Below are positions 48,116 through 60,729 of a stretch of 64,000 nt of DNA, one piece after another. Source of the stretch: Octopus sinensis (Eukaryota); assembly GCF_006345805.1 (NCBI RefSeq), contig NC_043023.1, positions 2,232,001 through 2,296,000 on the forward strand. Direction: 5' to 3'. Made by a program: the position numbers and the translations under genes. Each line of letters opens with the position of its first letter. Position 1 is the stretch's first letter. The notes below the pieces were generated by a model. It made no database searches. It was given only the letters and a program-made list of their open reading frames with translations, and was not told the origin of the DNA.

Positions 48116-48856
48116 AAGAATGAAGCATTGTACTCAGGACATCTCTGGTCCTGTAGACCAGCAATCGGGAAAAATCCGACCATGACCACCTTGCTTGAGA
48201 TTTTCTTTTTTTCAGGCAGAGTGTATCTTGGAGTATACTATTAAATGCGTAGTCGATTTTCTTTCCAAGAAGATAGATTATGAGGGGAGACTTGATGGCT
48301 TCCTTTTCAAAAGGGGTTCACAACCACATATGCGATTCCTTCTCTCATGGTTGAGTTGATGGTAGTGGTGGTGGTGGTGGTGATAGTAGTAGTAGTAGTA
48401 GTGGCAGTGATGGTAGTAGTTATTAGTAGTTGTGGTACTTGTACTTGTTGTGGAGGTGGTGGTAGTAGTATTAGTAGTAGCAGAAGTAGTAGTAGTTGTG
48501 AAGGTGGGGGTTGTAGTAGTAGTAGTAGTAATATTAGTAGTGGAAGAAATAGTAGTTGTAAGGTCGGTTGTGGTGGTAGTGATGGCGGTAGTAGTGGCAG
48601 TGGTATCAATTGCAGCGGTAGTAGAAGTGGTAGCAATAGTAGTAGTAGTGATAGTAGAAGCCGTATTAGCAGTTGCGGTGGTGGTAGTGGTTGTGAAGGT
48701 TGCGGTAGTAGAAGAGTTACCGTTAGAGGTGTTACTAGTGTGTCAGGTGTAGAGATGAGGTAATAGAACAAGGTAGGGCTAGTGTCAAAACAATATATAC
48801 ATACATATACATACATACATACACACATACATACATACATACATACACACATACAC

Positions 48857-48888
<32 letters not shown>

Positions 48889-49533
48889 GTGTGTGTGTGT
48901 GTGTGTGTGTGTTTTGTGGCTTTACTGTGTATGTGAATATATATATATATATCCATCTGTGTATATATGTATATGTGCACGCACACATATGAACACAGGT
49001 ATGTGAGTGGAGTGTATATATATATATATGAGTTAGTATACAATTACATGTATATGTATATATATAAACTGTATATATCATATATATGTATATATATCCA
49101 TCTGTGTATATATGTATATATATAAACTGTATATATCATATATATGTATATATATATATGTGTGTGTGTGTATATTATATATATATGCATATATATTGTA
49201 TATATGTATTATATATATATATATATGCATATATATTGTATATATGTATATATATATATATATGCATATATATTGTATATATGTATGTATATATTATGTT
49301 ATATAGATGTATGTATATTGTATTTGCATATATATATATATATATTGTCCAACCCATGCTAGCATGGAGAACGGACGTTAAACGACGATGATGATTATAT
49401 GTATTTACATATACAATATATATTATATATGTATATCATGTGTATATATATATATTCTATATATGTGTGGGTATATATACATGTTATATATATATAAGTA
49501 TATTATACATATGTATATATATATCATATGTGT

Positions 49534-49576
<43 letters not shown>

Positions 49577-51099
49577 TATATGTGTGTGTATATATACATG
49601 TTATATATATATATAATATATACACACGCACACCCTTATTGCTTCTGGCACCCTCACACACATACCCCTACACACCCACCGTCACCATCTCCGCCACCCT
49701 ACAGAACAACACGGTGCTGCTATAAGAGTGAGAGCGACCAACGAAATGCCGCAGCTGAAGGTCATGTGACCAGTGCTGACCCCTAGCGGCCGAATAGGTC
49801 ATTGCTGATTGAGTGGAGTCTGTAATTACATTGGTGGACATCGGGTTCGGTGAGGGCGAGATCTTTTTCTAGAATGGTGAATAATTGAAGAGGGGCGGGG
49901 GTGGGGGTGGAACCGGAGGAGGGTGGGATGGGGTGTGTATGAGTGGGTGGATGGGTGGTGAAGGAAGTGAGGCATTGTGGGATATATGAGTAAGTAAAGG
50001 AAAACTGGAAACTGATACAGTGTTCACCATCATGATTGTCATCATCACAATCATTGTCACCATCACCATCCACCCCTCCTCTTCTCTGTTTCCTTCTCCT
50101 CTTCCCCCCCCCTGCCCTATACGTCCTCTACTTTCTTTTTCTCTCCCCTCCACTCCCCCTACTTCCTTCTTTTCTTTCTCCTCTTCATCCTCATCATCGT
50201 TGTTGTCATTATCATCAATGTCATCATCATTAACATCACCATCACCATCGTCCTCACCATCATTATCATCATCATCATCACCATTATCATCATCACCATC
50301 ACCATCATTACCATCATCGTCATCTTTATCATCATCATCATTGTTGTCATAATTTTTTTCTCATCATCATTGTCACCATCAACATTCACCCCTCCTCTCT
50401 TCTGTTTCTTTCTCCTCTTCCTCCTCCTCTCCCCTCCACCCCTCCTCTTCCACTCCTATTTCCTCCTTTTGTTTTTCCTCCCCCTCCTCCTCCTCATCAT
50501 CATCATCGGCACCATCGTTGTTGTCATCGTCATCACTCGTCATCATCATTACATCACCATCATTATCATCACCACCACCATCGGCCTCACCATCATCATC
50601 ATCATCATCATCCCCATCATCATCATTGTTGTCAATTTTTTTGTCGTCATCATTATCATCACCTCCAGCATTTTCCTCATCATCATCATCGTCATCACCA
50701 TTGTCATCACTCTTATCTTCATCATCATCATTATCATTGTTGTCATAATTTTTTTGTCATCATCACTGTCATCACCACCATCGGCATTATCACTTTAGTT
50801 GTTACTATGACCATCCACAACATTATCATCATCATCATTATCATAAACATCATCACCATCATTTTCATTATCATCATCATAATAATCATTGCTTAAATCA
50901 TCACCTGCTTTGTCATTGTCCATCTCAGCCTCCTCATCCTCCTCTTCATCATCATCACAACCATTATCATCAGCATTATGCTTATCCCCCCCCCCTGCTC
51001 ATCATCACTATTGCTGTTGCCATTGTCATCACAATCATTGCTCTCATCACCATCAACAACATAACCATCACCATCATTGTAATCAGCATCACCATCAAT

Positions 51100-51360
51100 T
51101 ACAACCGCAATGGTTTCTTGTTGCTGTTGTTACTAGTCTGATTAGCCATACCTTGCTCTGGTTACTCACCACTGCACCCATACAACGATACAAAACTCCT
51201 TTGTTGGAATGTGGATAACGGAAACTGTGTCACATTTTGAACCTGAGAAAAGTCTCGCATATTTTTACTGTTCCACTTACTGAATGTATTTGTAATGTGC
51301 GAGTTAGCTGGTTGATTTCCTTTTCAGAAAACCCTAACCCTTCCAGATAGCCACATCTAG
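51100..51360 (-). pseudogene. C-terminus and 3' end of a putative RLE-type (R4/Dong/NeSL-like) non-LTR element; second copy at ~51690-51830
   Basis: GYLEGLGFSEKEINQLTRTLQIHSVSGTVKICETFLRFKM*; second copy ELTWT*QIQFVRGTIKICKTFPKFRI*. Family assignment is from memory. Confidence 0.45.
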
Positions 51361-51431
51361 GTATGTATTTATGTATGTATGTATGTATGTATGTATGTAT
51401 GTATGTATGTATGTATGTATGTATGTATGTA

Positions 51432-51462
<31 letters not shown>

Positions 51463-52512
51463 ATGTGTGTATGTATGTATGTGTGTGTGTATGTATGTGT
51501 GTGTGTATGTATGAATGTATGTATGTATGTTTGTATGTATTTGTGTGTATGTGCGGATTGATGGATGGATGGATTGATAGGTGTGTCTGCGTGTAAGTAT
51601 GCATGTATGTATGTGTGTGTGTATGCATGTTCTGTTCTGCATTTAATTGTTAAAATTCTTCCTGTCAGGAAGGAGCTGGTTTCTTGCAAAAGTACAAAGC
51701 TCCCTCATTCGAATGTAGGTAACAAAAATAATGTCATATTCTAAACTTGGGAAAAGTCTTGCATATTTTTATTGTTCCTCTTACAAATTGTATTTGTCAT
51801 GTCCAAGTTAGCTCCAAGCAGACACCAGAGACCGATGCAGCCCTGGGTCAAATCGAATCTCTCCACCCATGTCAGCATGTAAGACAAGCATTAAATGATG
51901 ATGGTGGTGGTGGAGGGGATGATGAAGACAATGATAATGACAATGATAGTGATGATGATGATGGTGGGGGTGTTACAGTGGAGAAGATGATGATGATGAT
52001 GATACTGACAATGATAGTGGTGATGGTGAAGGTGATGATGGTGATGGTGATGATGACGATCAAGACACTGGTGATGGTATTAATGGCAGTAAGAGTGGTG
52101 GCGGCAGCAGTTATGGTAGTGGTGGTGGTGGTATTTGTGGTGGTTATGGTTACTATGATGATGATGGTAATGATGATGATGGTGATGATGATGATGATGA
52201 AATATTGTGGTTATACCGATGATGATAAGAGCAACAATGATACAGTAGATTGTGATGATGATGATGATGAATCCGAAAAAGTCTGTGACTGTTGCTAGGT
52301 TACCAATCTGGCACTGGCCTCTGCACCAAGGGCCATTATTTCCATCTGAGACAATATTCTTTGACACCGATACCAGAAGACATAAAACAACATTTTTCTT
52401 TAAAAATATTCATATGTATTATACATATATATATATATATATATATACATACATACATACATATGTATATATATGTATATACACATATAACTGTAGATTT
52501 ACATGTGTATAT

Positions 52513-52543
<31 letters not shown>

Positions 52544-52886
52544 CATATATATGTGTATATATATTATGTATGTATATATGTACATTGATGAATATCTATT
52601 ATGCATATGGATGTATGTGTGTTTGTATATACATATTGTTATACACTCACAAATTCGTTCATATATGACTATATACATCATGTAGCAACACTTTGTGGTA
52701 CAATATTACATACCTAGCGCTATATAAACTGTGTGTGTATGTGTGTATGCTTGTATAGGTAGAGACTTATGTGTCTTTGTGTATTGTATATGTATGCGTT
52801 TGTACATATGTGTGTGTGTATAAACATGTTATGTGTCTATACACACATACACCATATGGAAATTACTCATATATATATATATATAT

Positions 52887-53016
52887 ATTTATTATATAGA
52901 AGGAGCTTCTACAGACTAGAACTGTTTCATTCAAGAGAAATCTTCAGGAGCTTCCTGAAGATTTCTCTTGAATGAAACAGTTCTAGTCCTGTAGAAGCTC
53001 CTTCTATATAATAAAT
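52887..53016. mobile_element. Fold-back element (63/64-bp arms, 3-nt loop) with hammerhead-like motif
   Basis: 52887-52949 versus 52953-53016 differ by one C indel; CTGAAGA (52955) ... GAAA (52974)-CAGTTC-TA. Confidence 0.75.
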
Positions 53017-53085
53017 TAATTTACTACTTGCTATGTATTGAGTACCTTATTTACTGTGGTTACCCCGGATCAACCCGGGACCTAC

Positions 53086-53127
<42 letters not shown>

Positions 53128-53405
53128 GTGTGAATGTGTGGTAAGAAGCTTGCTTCCCAACTACATGGTTCCAGGTTCAGTCCCACTGCATGGCACGTTG
53201 GACAAGTGTCTTCAACAATAGCCTTGGCCCAACTAAAGCTTTGTGAGTGGATCTGGTAGACAGAAACTGAAAGAAGCTTGTTGTATATATAATTTTTTTA
53301 AAAATCAGAGAAATAAAAGACAATAGAAAAAATCAACAATACAAGGACATAGTACATGCAAAGTATTAATGAGACGCTTAGAGAAGGAAAGAAAGAAAGA
53401 GTGGT

Positions 53406-53441
53406 TGTTTTATATTTCGAGCAAAGCTCTTCTTCAGAACA
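53406..53441 (-). ncRNA. Minimal hammerhead motif, intact CUGAAGA/GAAA core
   Basis: TGTT-CTGAAGA-A-GAGC(TTT)GCTC-GAAA-TA-TA^A-AACA; stem I needs a 1-nt bulge. Confidence 0.6.
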
Positions 53442-53542
53442 GGGGACATAGGAAAGCCCAAAAGAAAAGGAAGAGGAAAAAAATTGCTTACAGTGTACGT
53501 GTAGTTACATTTTGGAATATCTCTATATATACTTACATACAT

Positions 53543-53577
<35 letters not shown>

Positions 53578-53581
<4 letters not shown>

Positions 53582-53775
53582 GGCGAGCTGGCAGAAACAT
53601 TAGCACTCCGGGCATAATGCTTAGTGTCTTTACGTTCTGTGTTAAAATTTTGCCAAGGTCAACTTTGCCCTTCATCCTTTCAGGGTCGATAAACTAAGTA
53701 CCAGTTGCATTCTGGGGTTGATCCAATTGACTGGCCCCCTCCCCAAAAATTTCGGGCCTTGTGCCTAGATTAGAA
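53578..53775 (+). mobile_element. SINE-B with tail type 3
   Basis: Head, body and AAAATTTCGGGCCTTGTGCCTAGA tail. Confidence 0.8.
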
Positions 53776-54009
53776 AAATATATATGTGTGTGTGTGTGTT
53801 TCTTTGTGTCCGTCCCCTCATCACTGCTTGAGAACTGTTGTTTGTGTGTTTATATCTCCATAACTTAGCAGTTCGGTCAAAGAGATTGATAGAATAAGTA
53901 TCAGGCTTAAAAAATAAAAAGTACTGGGGTCGAAATATTTGACTAAAATTCTTCAAGGTTGTGCCCCAGCATGGCCACAGTCTAGCGATTAAAGAATATA
54001 AAAGAGGCA

Positions 54010-54625
54010 ATGACTAATGACCTTTGGCAGTATGCCTAGCTTGACGAGACCTGTCAAGACAAGTGAAACTGGAGTCATGTCTGATGCTTATGACACGTAA
54101 GTGGCACCCATGTTGGTGGCACGTAAAGAGCACCTTTTGAGTGTTGGGCCTCATGGAAGCAGCGTGGCTGAGTTCCTTTCAAAAGCTGGACCTCATGGAG
54201 GCAAAGTGGCTGAGTTCCTTTCAAGAGGTGGACCACATGGAGGCAAAGTGGCTGAGTTCCTTTCAAGAGTTGGACCTCATGGAGGCAAAGTTGCTGAGTT
54301 CCTTTCAAATGTTGGGCCTCATGGAGGCAAAGATTGAGAACTTTGGCATTATGTCATGCTTGAGAAGAAGACCCAAAAATCCAAGCAAAATCATGTTCAT
54401 GGCAGATACTGGTGTCACACAAATGGCACATGTGCAGGTGGCACGTAAAAGCACCCACTACACTCTCAGAGTGGTTGGCATTAGGAAGGGCATCCAGCAG
54501 TAGAAAAACCATGCCAAATCAGACTGGAGTCTGGTGCAGCCTTCCAGCTTATCAGCCTTGGTCAAACCATCCAACCAATGCCAGCATGGACAATGGACGT
54601 TAAATGATGATGATGATGATGATGA
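54010..54625 (+). mobile_element. RTE family C-like 3' region with internal 42-bp tandem repeat
   Basis: Conserved 3' end GGACGTTAAATGATGATG; about 5 units of ggcaaagtggctgagttcctttcaagaggtggaccacatgga at 54130-54330. Confidence 0.8.
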
Positions 54626-54771
54626 AAAGGAGAGAGACTGGTTGGTGGGAGAGTGAAAGAGGGATGAAGATTATTGATGCTAATAACTTTGAAATTACCT
54701 AATACCAGCTGCATTCTACTTAAAATTATCTTTCATATTTGAATATCATTATCTAATGATGCAAAGATGAT

Positions 54772-55140
54772 GAGCTGGCAGAATTGTCAGCATGCCAGGC
54801 AAAATACTTAGTGGTATTTCATCTGCCGCTATGTTCTGAGTTCAAATTCCGCCGAGGTCAACTTTGCTTTTCATCCTTTCAGGATCAATAAATTAAATAC
54901 CAATTATGCACTAAGGTCAATATAATCCACTTAATCTGTTTGTCTGTCCTTGTTTGTCCCTTCTGTGTGTAGCCCCTTATGGGCAGTAAAGAAATAGATA
55001 TTTCGTTTTGTCCTTCTGAGCTGAAATTCTACCGAAGTTGACTTTGCCTTTCATTTTTTTGGAGGTCAATAAAATAAGTCCTGGTCAAGCACTGGGTCAA
55101 TATAATTTCAGGGCACAGGCCTTTAGTTGAAAGGATTATC
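54772..55140 (+). mobile_element. SINE-B head plus two units
   Basis: First unit has tail type 1, second has tail type 3, ending in (ATT)n. Confidence 0.8.
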
Positions 55141-55163
55141 ATTATCATATTTTTATTATTATT

Positions 55164-55716
55164 GAGTGAGAGAGCAGTGCTTGCCATCAAAGTGACACTG
55201 GGGTAAAATATACGAAGCCCAGTATACCCATCATGACTACCCGTCTGATAAGGGTACACCAGGTACATGCATCACAACCATATGTGTGCGACATGGTGAT
55301 CTCATATCAAGATAAACAGCACATGACCTTGCTGGTGAAACCCAGTTTGAATTTTCTTCTGGTCGAGTAGCCCATCCTGCTCAAAAGGTCCCTGAATAAG
55401 AGTTGTTTAAGGATGTTGAATGAAACACCCATGTTTCCAGAGGTGAATTATTCAACCCTCAAAGAATCCCTCTCAACACATGGCTATGATGCTCCCCCAC
55501 TACTTCTGCCCGTAATCAGAGATGCACATATCGTCAGCCACTAAGGGACATGCTCAACTGGTTAAGGTCAAACAACTGACAAGCAAATCTGTGGTATTGA
55601 GCAGAATATTTGCTGTAGCCCATCTTTTATACCAAGACAAAACAATGTACATGATAACACTTCCAATTATTTAAGAAGCCATGAGAGCCACTGCCTGGTA
55701 CTGCATCAGGGCATTT
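55164..55716 (+). mobile_element. Element F, full length, flanked by (ATT)n (strand inferred)
   Basis: GAGTGAGAGAGCAG ... CATCAGGGCATTT; reverse complement of 13036-13594. Confidence 0.85.
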
Positions 55717-55842
55717 ATTATCATCATCATCATTATTATTATTATTATTACTATTATCATAATTACTATTATTATTATTATAATAATTACTATTATTATT
55801 ATTATAATAATTACTATTATTATTATTATTATTATTATTATT

Positions 55843-56328
55843 AAGGTGGTGAGCTGGCAGAAGCATTAGCATGGCAGGCAAAATGCCTTGTGGTACTTTG
55901 CCTGTCTGCAAGTTCTGAGTTCGAATTTTGCCAAGGTCGACTTAACCTTTCATCCTTTCAAAGTCGATAAAATAAGTACCAGTTGAATACTGGGTTGATG
56001 TAATCGAATCATCCTCTCTCCTAAAACTACTGCCCTTGTGGCAAAATTTGAAAACAATATCATTATTATTATTATTGTTAATATTATTTTTACAACTACT
56101 ACTGTGGTGAGCTGGTTGAATTGTTAGGGGTAGGGTTAGGGTTAGCATGTTGAGTAAAATGTTAGCAGTATTTCATTGTCTTCACAATTTGAGTTCAAAT
56201 TTCACCAGGTTCAACTTTGCCTTTCAACCTTTTGAGATCGATAGAATAAGTCTCAGTCAAGCAGTGGGGTCAATGTAATCAACTAGTGCCCTCCCTAAAA
56301 ATTACAGGCCATATACCTACTGAGAAAA

Positions 56329-56361
<33 letters not shown>

Positions 56362-56755
56362 GGCAGTGAGCTGACAGAATCATTAGCATGCCAGGCAAAA
56401 TACGTAGCAGTATTGTGTTTGTTGCTACATTCTGAGTTCAAATTCTGCCGATGTCAGCTTTCAGGGTCGATAAATTAAGTACCAAATTTCAGGCCTTATG
56501 CCTATAATAGAAAGAATTTTTATTATTATTATTATTATTAAGGTAGTGAGCTGGCAGAATCGTTAGTATGCTGGGCAAAATTCTGAGCAATATTTCTTTC
56601 CATCTTACATTCTGAGTTCAATTTCCACCAGGGTCGACTTTGCATTTCATCCTTTTGGTGTTGATAAAATTAGTATCAGTCAGACACTGGAGGCAATGTA
56701 ATCAACTAGTCCCCAACCCTGAAATTTCAGGCTTTGTGCCTATAGTAGAAAGGAT
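55843..56755 (+). mobile_element. Four tandem SINE-B copies separated by (ATT)n
   Basis: Heads near 55843, 56103, 56360 and 56540. Confidence 0.85.
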
Positions 56756-57904
56756 TAGCTAACGATGCTGTTGATGATTGAACAGTATGTGTAGCCTATC
56801 ATGGGTTTGTGTCTGCTTTAAATAGTGATTACTATATGTAGTAGAAGATGGGAAAGCGTGGAGGATAGTTTCTCATGAAAAGATATTGTGATACCAGGCA
56901 TATCGAGGTAATTTTTATTCTCTGCTGTTCAGAAGGAATTGTATGATGCATTTTCATCTGTTCCACAGCCAAGGTTTTAGAAATTTTTATTCTGTTGATG
57001 ATGTTGGTGATATATATTTAAATATATATAATATATAAACATATATATGTGTATATATCACATGCATTGCATATATATATGTGTGTGTGTTTGTGTGTTT
57101 GTATATAGATATATAAAAATGTATGTGTGTCTGTGTGTGTGTGTGTGTATGCATTGATATACATGTAGGTATATATTGATATATATGTATGTAGTTAAAA
57201 CTATATATACAGTTGTATGTATATATATATTATATATATATATTTTTCTAAAGTTCTATATATATATTTTATATATATATAATAATGATATATATATATA
57301 CACACAACTATTATATATATTTATATACTATATATATTTTATGTGTGTGTGTATACACTACAGATATACAAAATTTATATAGAAATATTCACAGAAAAAT
57401 TATGATTTTTCACAAACACTTTTCCTCGTTTGAATAAATCAAGGATAATAAAAAATCGAAAAAAGCAAAATCAATGAATTCTGTTTAATTCCTGAAAAAA
57501 TGGTCTTGGAGGAATTCTCTGATTTATGACTCCACAATGCCAAAGAATGCCTTATCAATGTTCCAATATCTACCAAAATACCATTTGACAAATATGATGT
57601 CATTTTGTAAAAGTGCTTGTTTTAGATTTCTAGAAAAAGATTCAAAGATTTATTGAGAATTTGGTATTGTTGGTCGGTTGGTTGGTCTCGCTGTTAGTTG
57701 GTTGGTTTGCTTGTTTGTTGGCTGGGCGGTTGGTTGGTGTGGACTACAAGGTTTGTACTGTTATCTTTGTGAAGATCACTGGCATCTTCATCATCGTCAT
57801 CACCATTGACATCATTATTAGTAACAGGCTGCAATAACATCACTGTTTGTTGGAGTTATCTCCGTCGTTATTATTGGTGTTCTTATCATAGATAAGACAG
57901 AACA

Positions 57905-58075
57905 GGCGCAGGAGTGGCTTTGTGGTTTGTAGATTGCTAACCAACCATATGGTTCTTGGTTCAGTCCCACTGTGTGGCATCTTGGGCAAGTGTCTTCTGC
58001 TATAGCCATGGGCCGACCAAAGCCTTGTGAGTGGGTTTGGTAGATGGAAACTGAAAGAAGCCTGTCGTATATATG

Positions 58076-58122
<47 letters not shown>

Positions 58123-58515
58123 GGGTGCAGGAGTGGCTGTGTGGTAAGTAGCTTGCTTACCAACCACATGGTTCTGGGTTCAGTCCCACTGTGTGGAATC
58201 TTAGGCAAGTGTATTCTGCTATAGCCCCGGGCTGACCAATGCCTTGTGAGTGGATTTGGAAGATGAAAACTGAAAGAAGCCTGTCGTATATATGTATATA
58301 TATATATATATATGTATGTGTGTCTGTGTTTGTCCCCCCAACATTGCTTGACAACCGATGCTGGTGTGTTTACGTCCCCGTCACTTAGCGGTTCGGCAAA
58401 AGAGACTGATAGAATAAGTACTAGGCTTACAAAGGATAAGTCCTAGGGTCGATTTGTTTGGCTAAAGGCGGTGCTCCAGCATTGCCACAGTCACATGACT
58501 GAAACAAGTAAAAGG
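57905..58515 (+). mobile_element. SINE-A, extra head plus full copy
   Basis: Heads at ~57905 and ~58123. Confidence 0.85.
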
Positions 58516-58587
58516 GTAAAGAGTATATGTACACCCATACGTATGTACACATGCACACATATATATATGTATGTGTGTGTACACATA

Positions 58588-58962
58588 TACTCTTTTACTT
58601 GTTTCAGTCAATTGACTGGAGCACCACCTTTAGTCGAGCAATCGCCCCCAAGACTTATTCTTTGTAAGCCTAGTACATATTCTATCGATCTCTTTTGCCG
58701 AACCGCTAAATTACGGGGACATAAACACACCACCATCAGTTGTCAAGCAATGCTAGGGGGACAAACACAGGCACACAAACACACACACATACATATATAC
58801 GACGGGCTTCTTTCAGTTTCCGTCTACCAAATCCACTCACAAGGCATTGATCGGCCCGGGGCTATAGCAGAAGACACTTGCCCAAGATGCCACGCAGTGG
58901 GACTGAACCCGGAACCATGTGGTTGGTAAGCAAGCTACTTACCACACGGTCATTACTGCACC
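58588..58962 (-). mobile_element. SINE-A, full length
   Basis: Tail-to-tail with the preceding copy. Confidence 0.85.
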
Positions 58963-60692
58963 TATATATATATACACACACACACACACACGCATATATA
59001 TATATATACATTTATCTATATACATATGTATATATGTACGGGTGTACATATGTACACACACACACACACATATATATGCACACATATATACACATGCACA
59101 CAAACATAACCATAGCTAGCCATACATTTATCTTTAGTTGTTGCCATTTTAGCAAGATTCCATTCTTTATTTCTTTCAACCGCTAAAATACCAAATCACA
59201 AGGCAACAAAAGACAAACAATTAAATGAATTATCCCAGAAATAAATAACAATATGAACAACAAGAAGATATGGAAACACATAAATTATGGTTCCGCAAAA
59301 ACTCCTGCTCAGCAGTTCTTGGAAGTTAAGTTATGTATATATAATAATGTCGTAAAATAAGGAGAACAGCGTTTGTATGGCATGTATTACTAATGCTTAA
59401 ATAAAAGGAAGGATATGAAATGATGTGATGTAAATAAATATTTAAAGAAAAAATTGTGGTTGGCTGCACTTGTTGTAATTATGGGGAAATCTGTTAATTG
59501 GTTTTGCTATTGCTGTTTTATTCTGAGACGATTAATTAGCGAAAATGGGAATTGGGAGGAGGAGGGGAAAGGGGAGTGGGGCAGGAGGATTCGAAGAAGA
59601 AGGAAAAGAATTGAAAGAAGAAAAAGGAGGAGGAGGAGGAGGAGGAGAAGAAGGAGAAGAAGATGAAGAAGAAGTAGGGGAATAAGGAGAAGAGGGAGGA
59701 GGGAAGAAGAAGAAAGAAGTAGGGGAATAAGGAGAAGAGGGAGGAGGGGAAGAAGATGATGATGACGAGGAGGATGATGATGATGATGGGGATGATGATG
59801 AAAGAGAAAAAGAAGAATTGGAAGAAGAAGAAGATGAAGAAAGGGAATAAGAAGTAGAAGAGGAAGGAGAAAAATAAGAAGAAGAAGAGGGAGGAGGAGA
59901 AGAAGAAAAATTTGAAAGAAGAAGAAGTGAAAGAAAAAGAAGAGGAATTAGAAGAAGGTGGAATGAAAGAAGAATTGGAAAAAGAAGGGAGAGGACGAAG
60001 AATCGGAAGAAAAAGGCAAAGAAGAAAAAGAATAATTGAATGAAATAAAAGAAGAATTTAAGGAAGACAACAAAAAAATCATATAATAACAATAAAAGGT
60101 TAACTCCCCACCAATTGGCAGGAGAAGCAGGCATTCTGAAGGTATTTGATCCAGTGAAAAATAGGGCCTGAGTTTAGGGTCATATTTCCACTTAAAGGCT
60201 TCTTTCTGTCTCTGGATTTTCTTATTTTTATCTTTTACTTGTTTTGGGGCTGTGGCCATGCTGGAGCACTGCCTTGAAATGGTTTAGTTGAACCATTTTT
60301 TTTTTGTCTTTTTAAACGTCGGGTACTTATTCTCTTGGTCTGGGTTTTCCAAACTCCTAGATTATGAGGATGTAAATGAACCAACAATGGTGGTGGAAGA
60401 CACACACACCAGCATATATATATGGTGAGCTTCTTTCAGTTTCCATCTACCAAATCTACTCCTAAGACATCTGTTAGCCTGGTTCTATAGTGGAAGAAAC
60501 TTGCTCAAGATGCCAAGCAGGTAGACTGAGTTATGACACACACACACATTAATGCATACACACACATTTATATATATAGATAGATGTGTATGCCATATAT
60601 ATGCCATATATAGATAGATGTGTATGCCATATATATAAATATAGAAGTGTGTATACATATATATATTTATATATGTGTAAACATATATATGT

Positions 60693-60729
<37 letters not shown>

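Noticed and set aside
54101-54337. ORF with 14-aa repeats (HGGKVAEFLSRVGP)
   Set aside because: A 42-bp tandem repeat inside an RTE 3' region; other frames are equally open.
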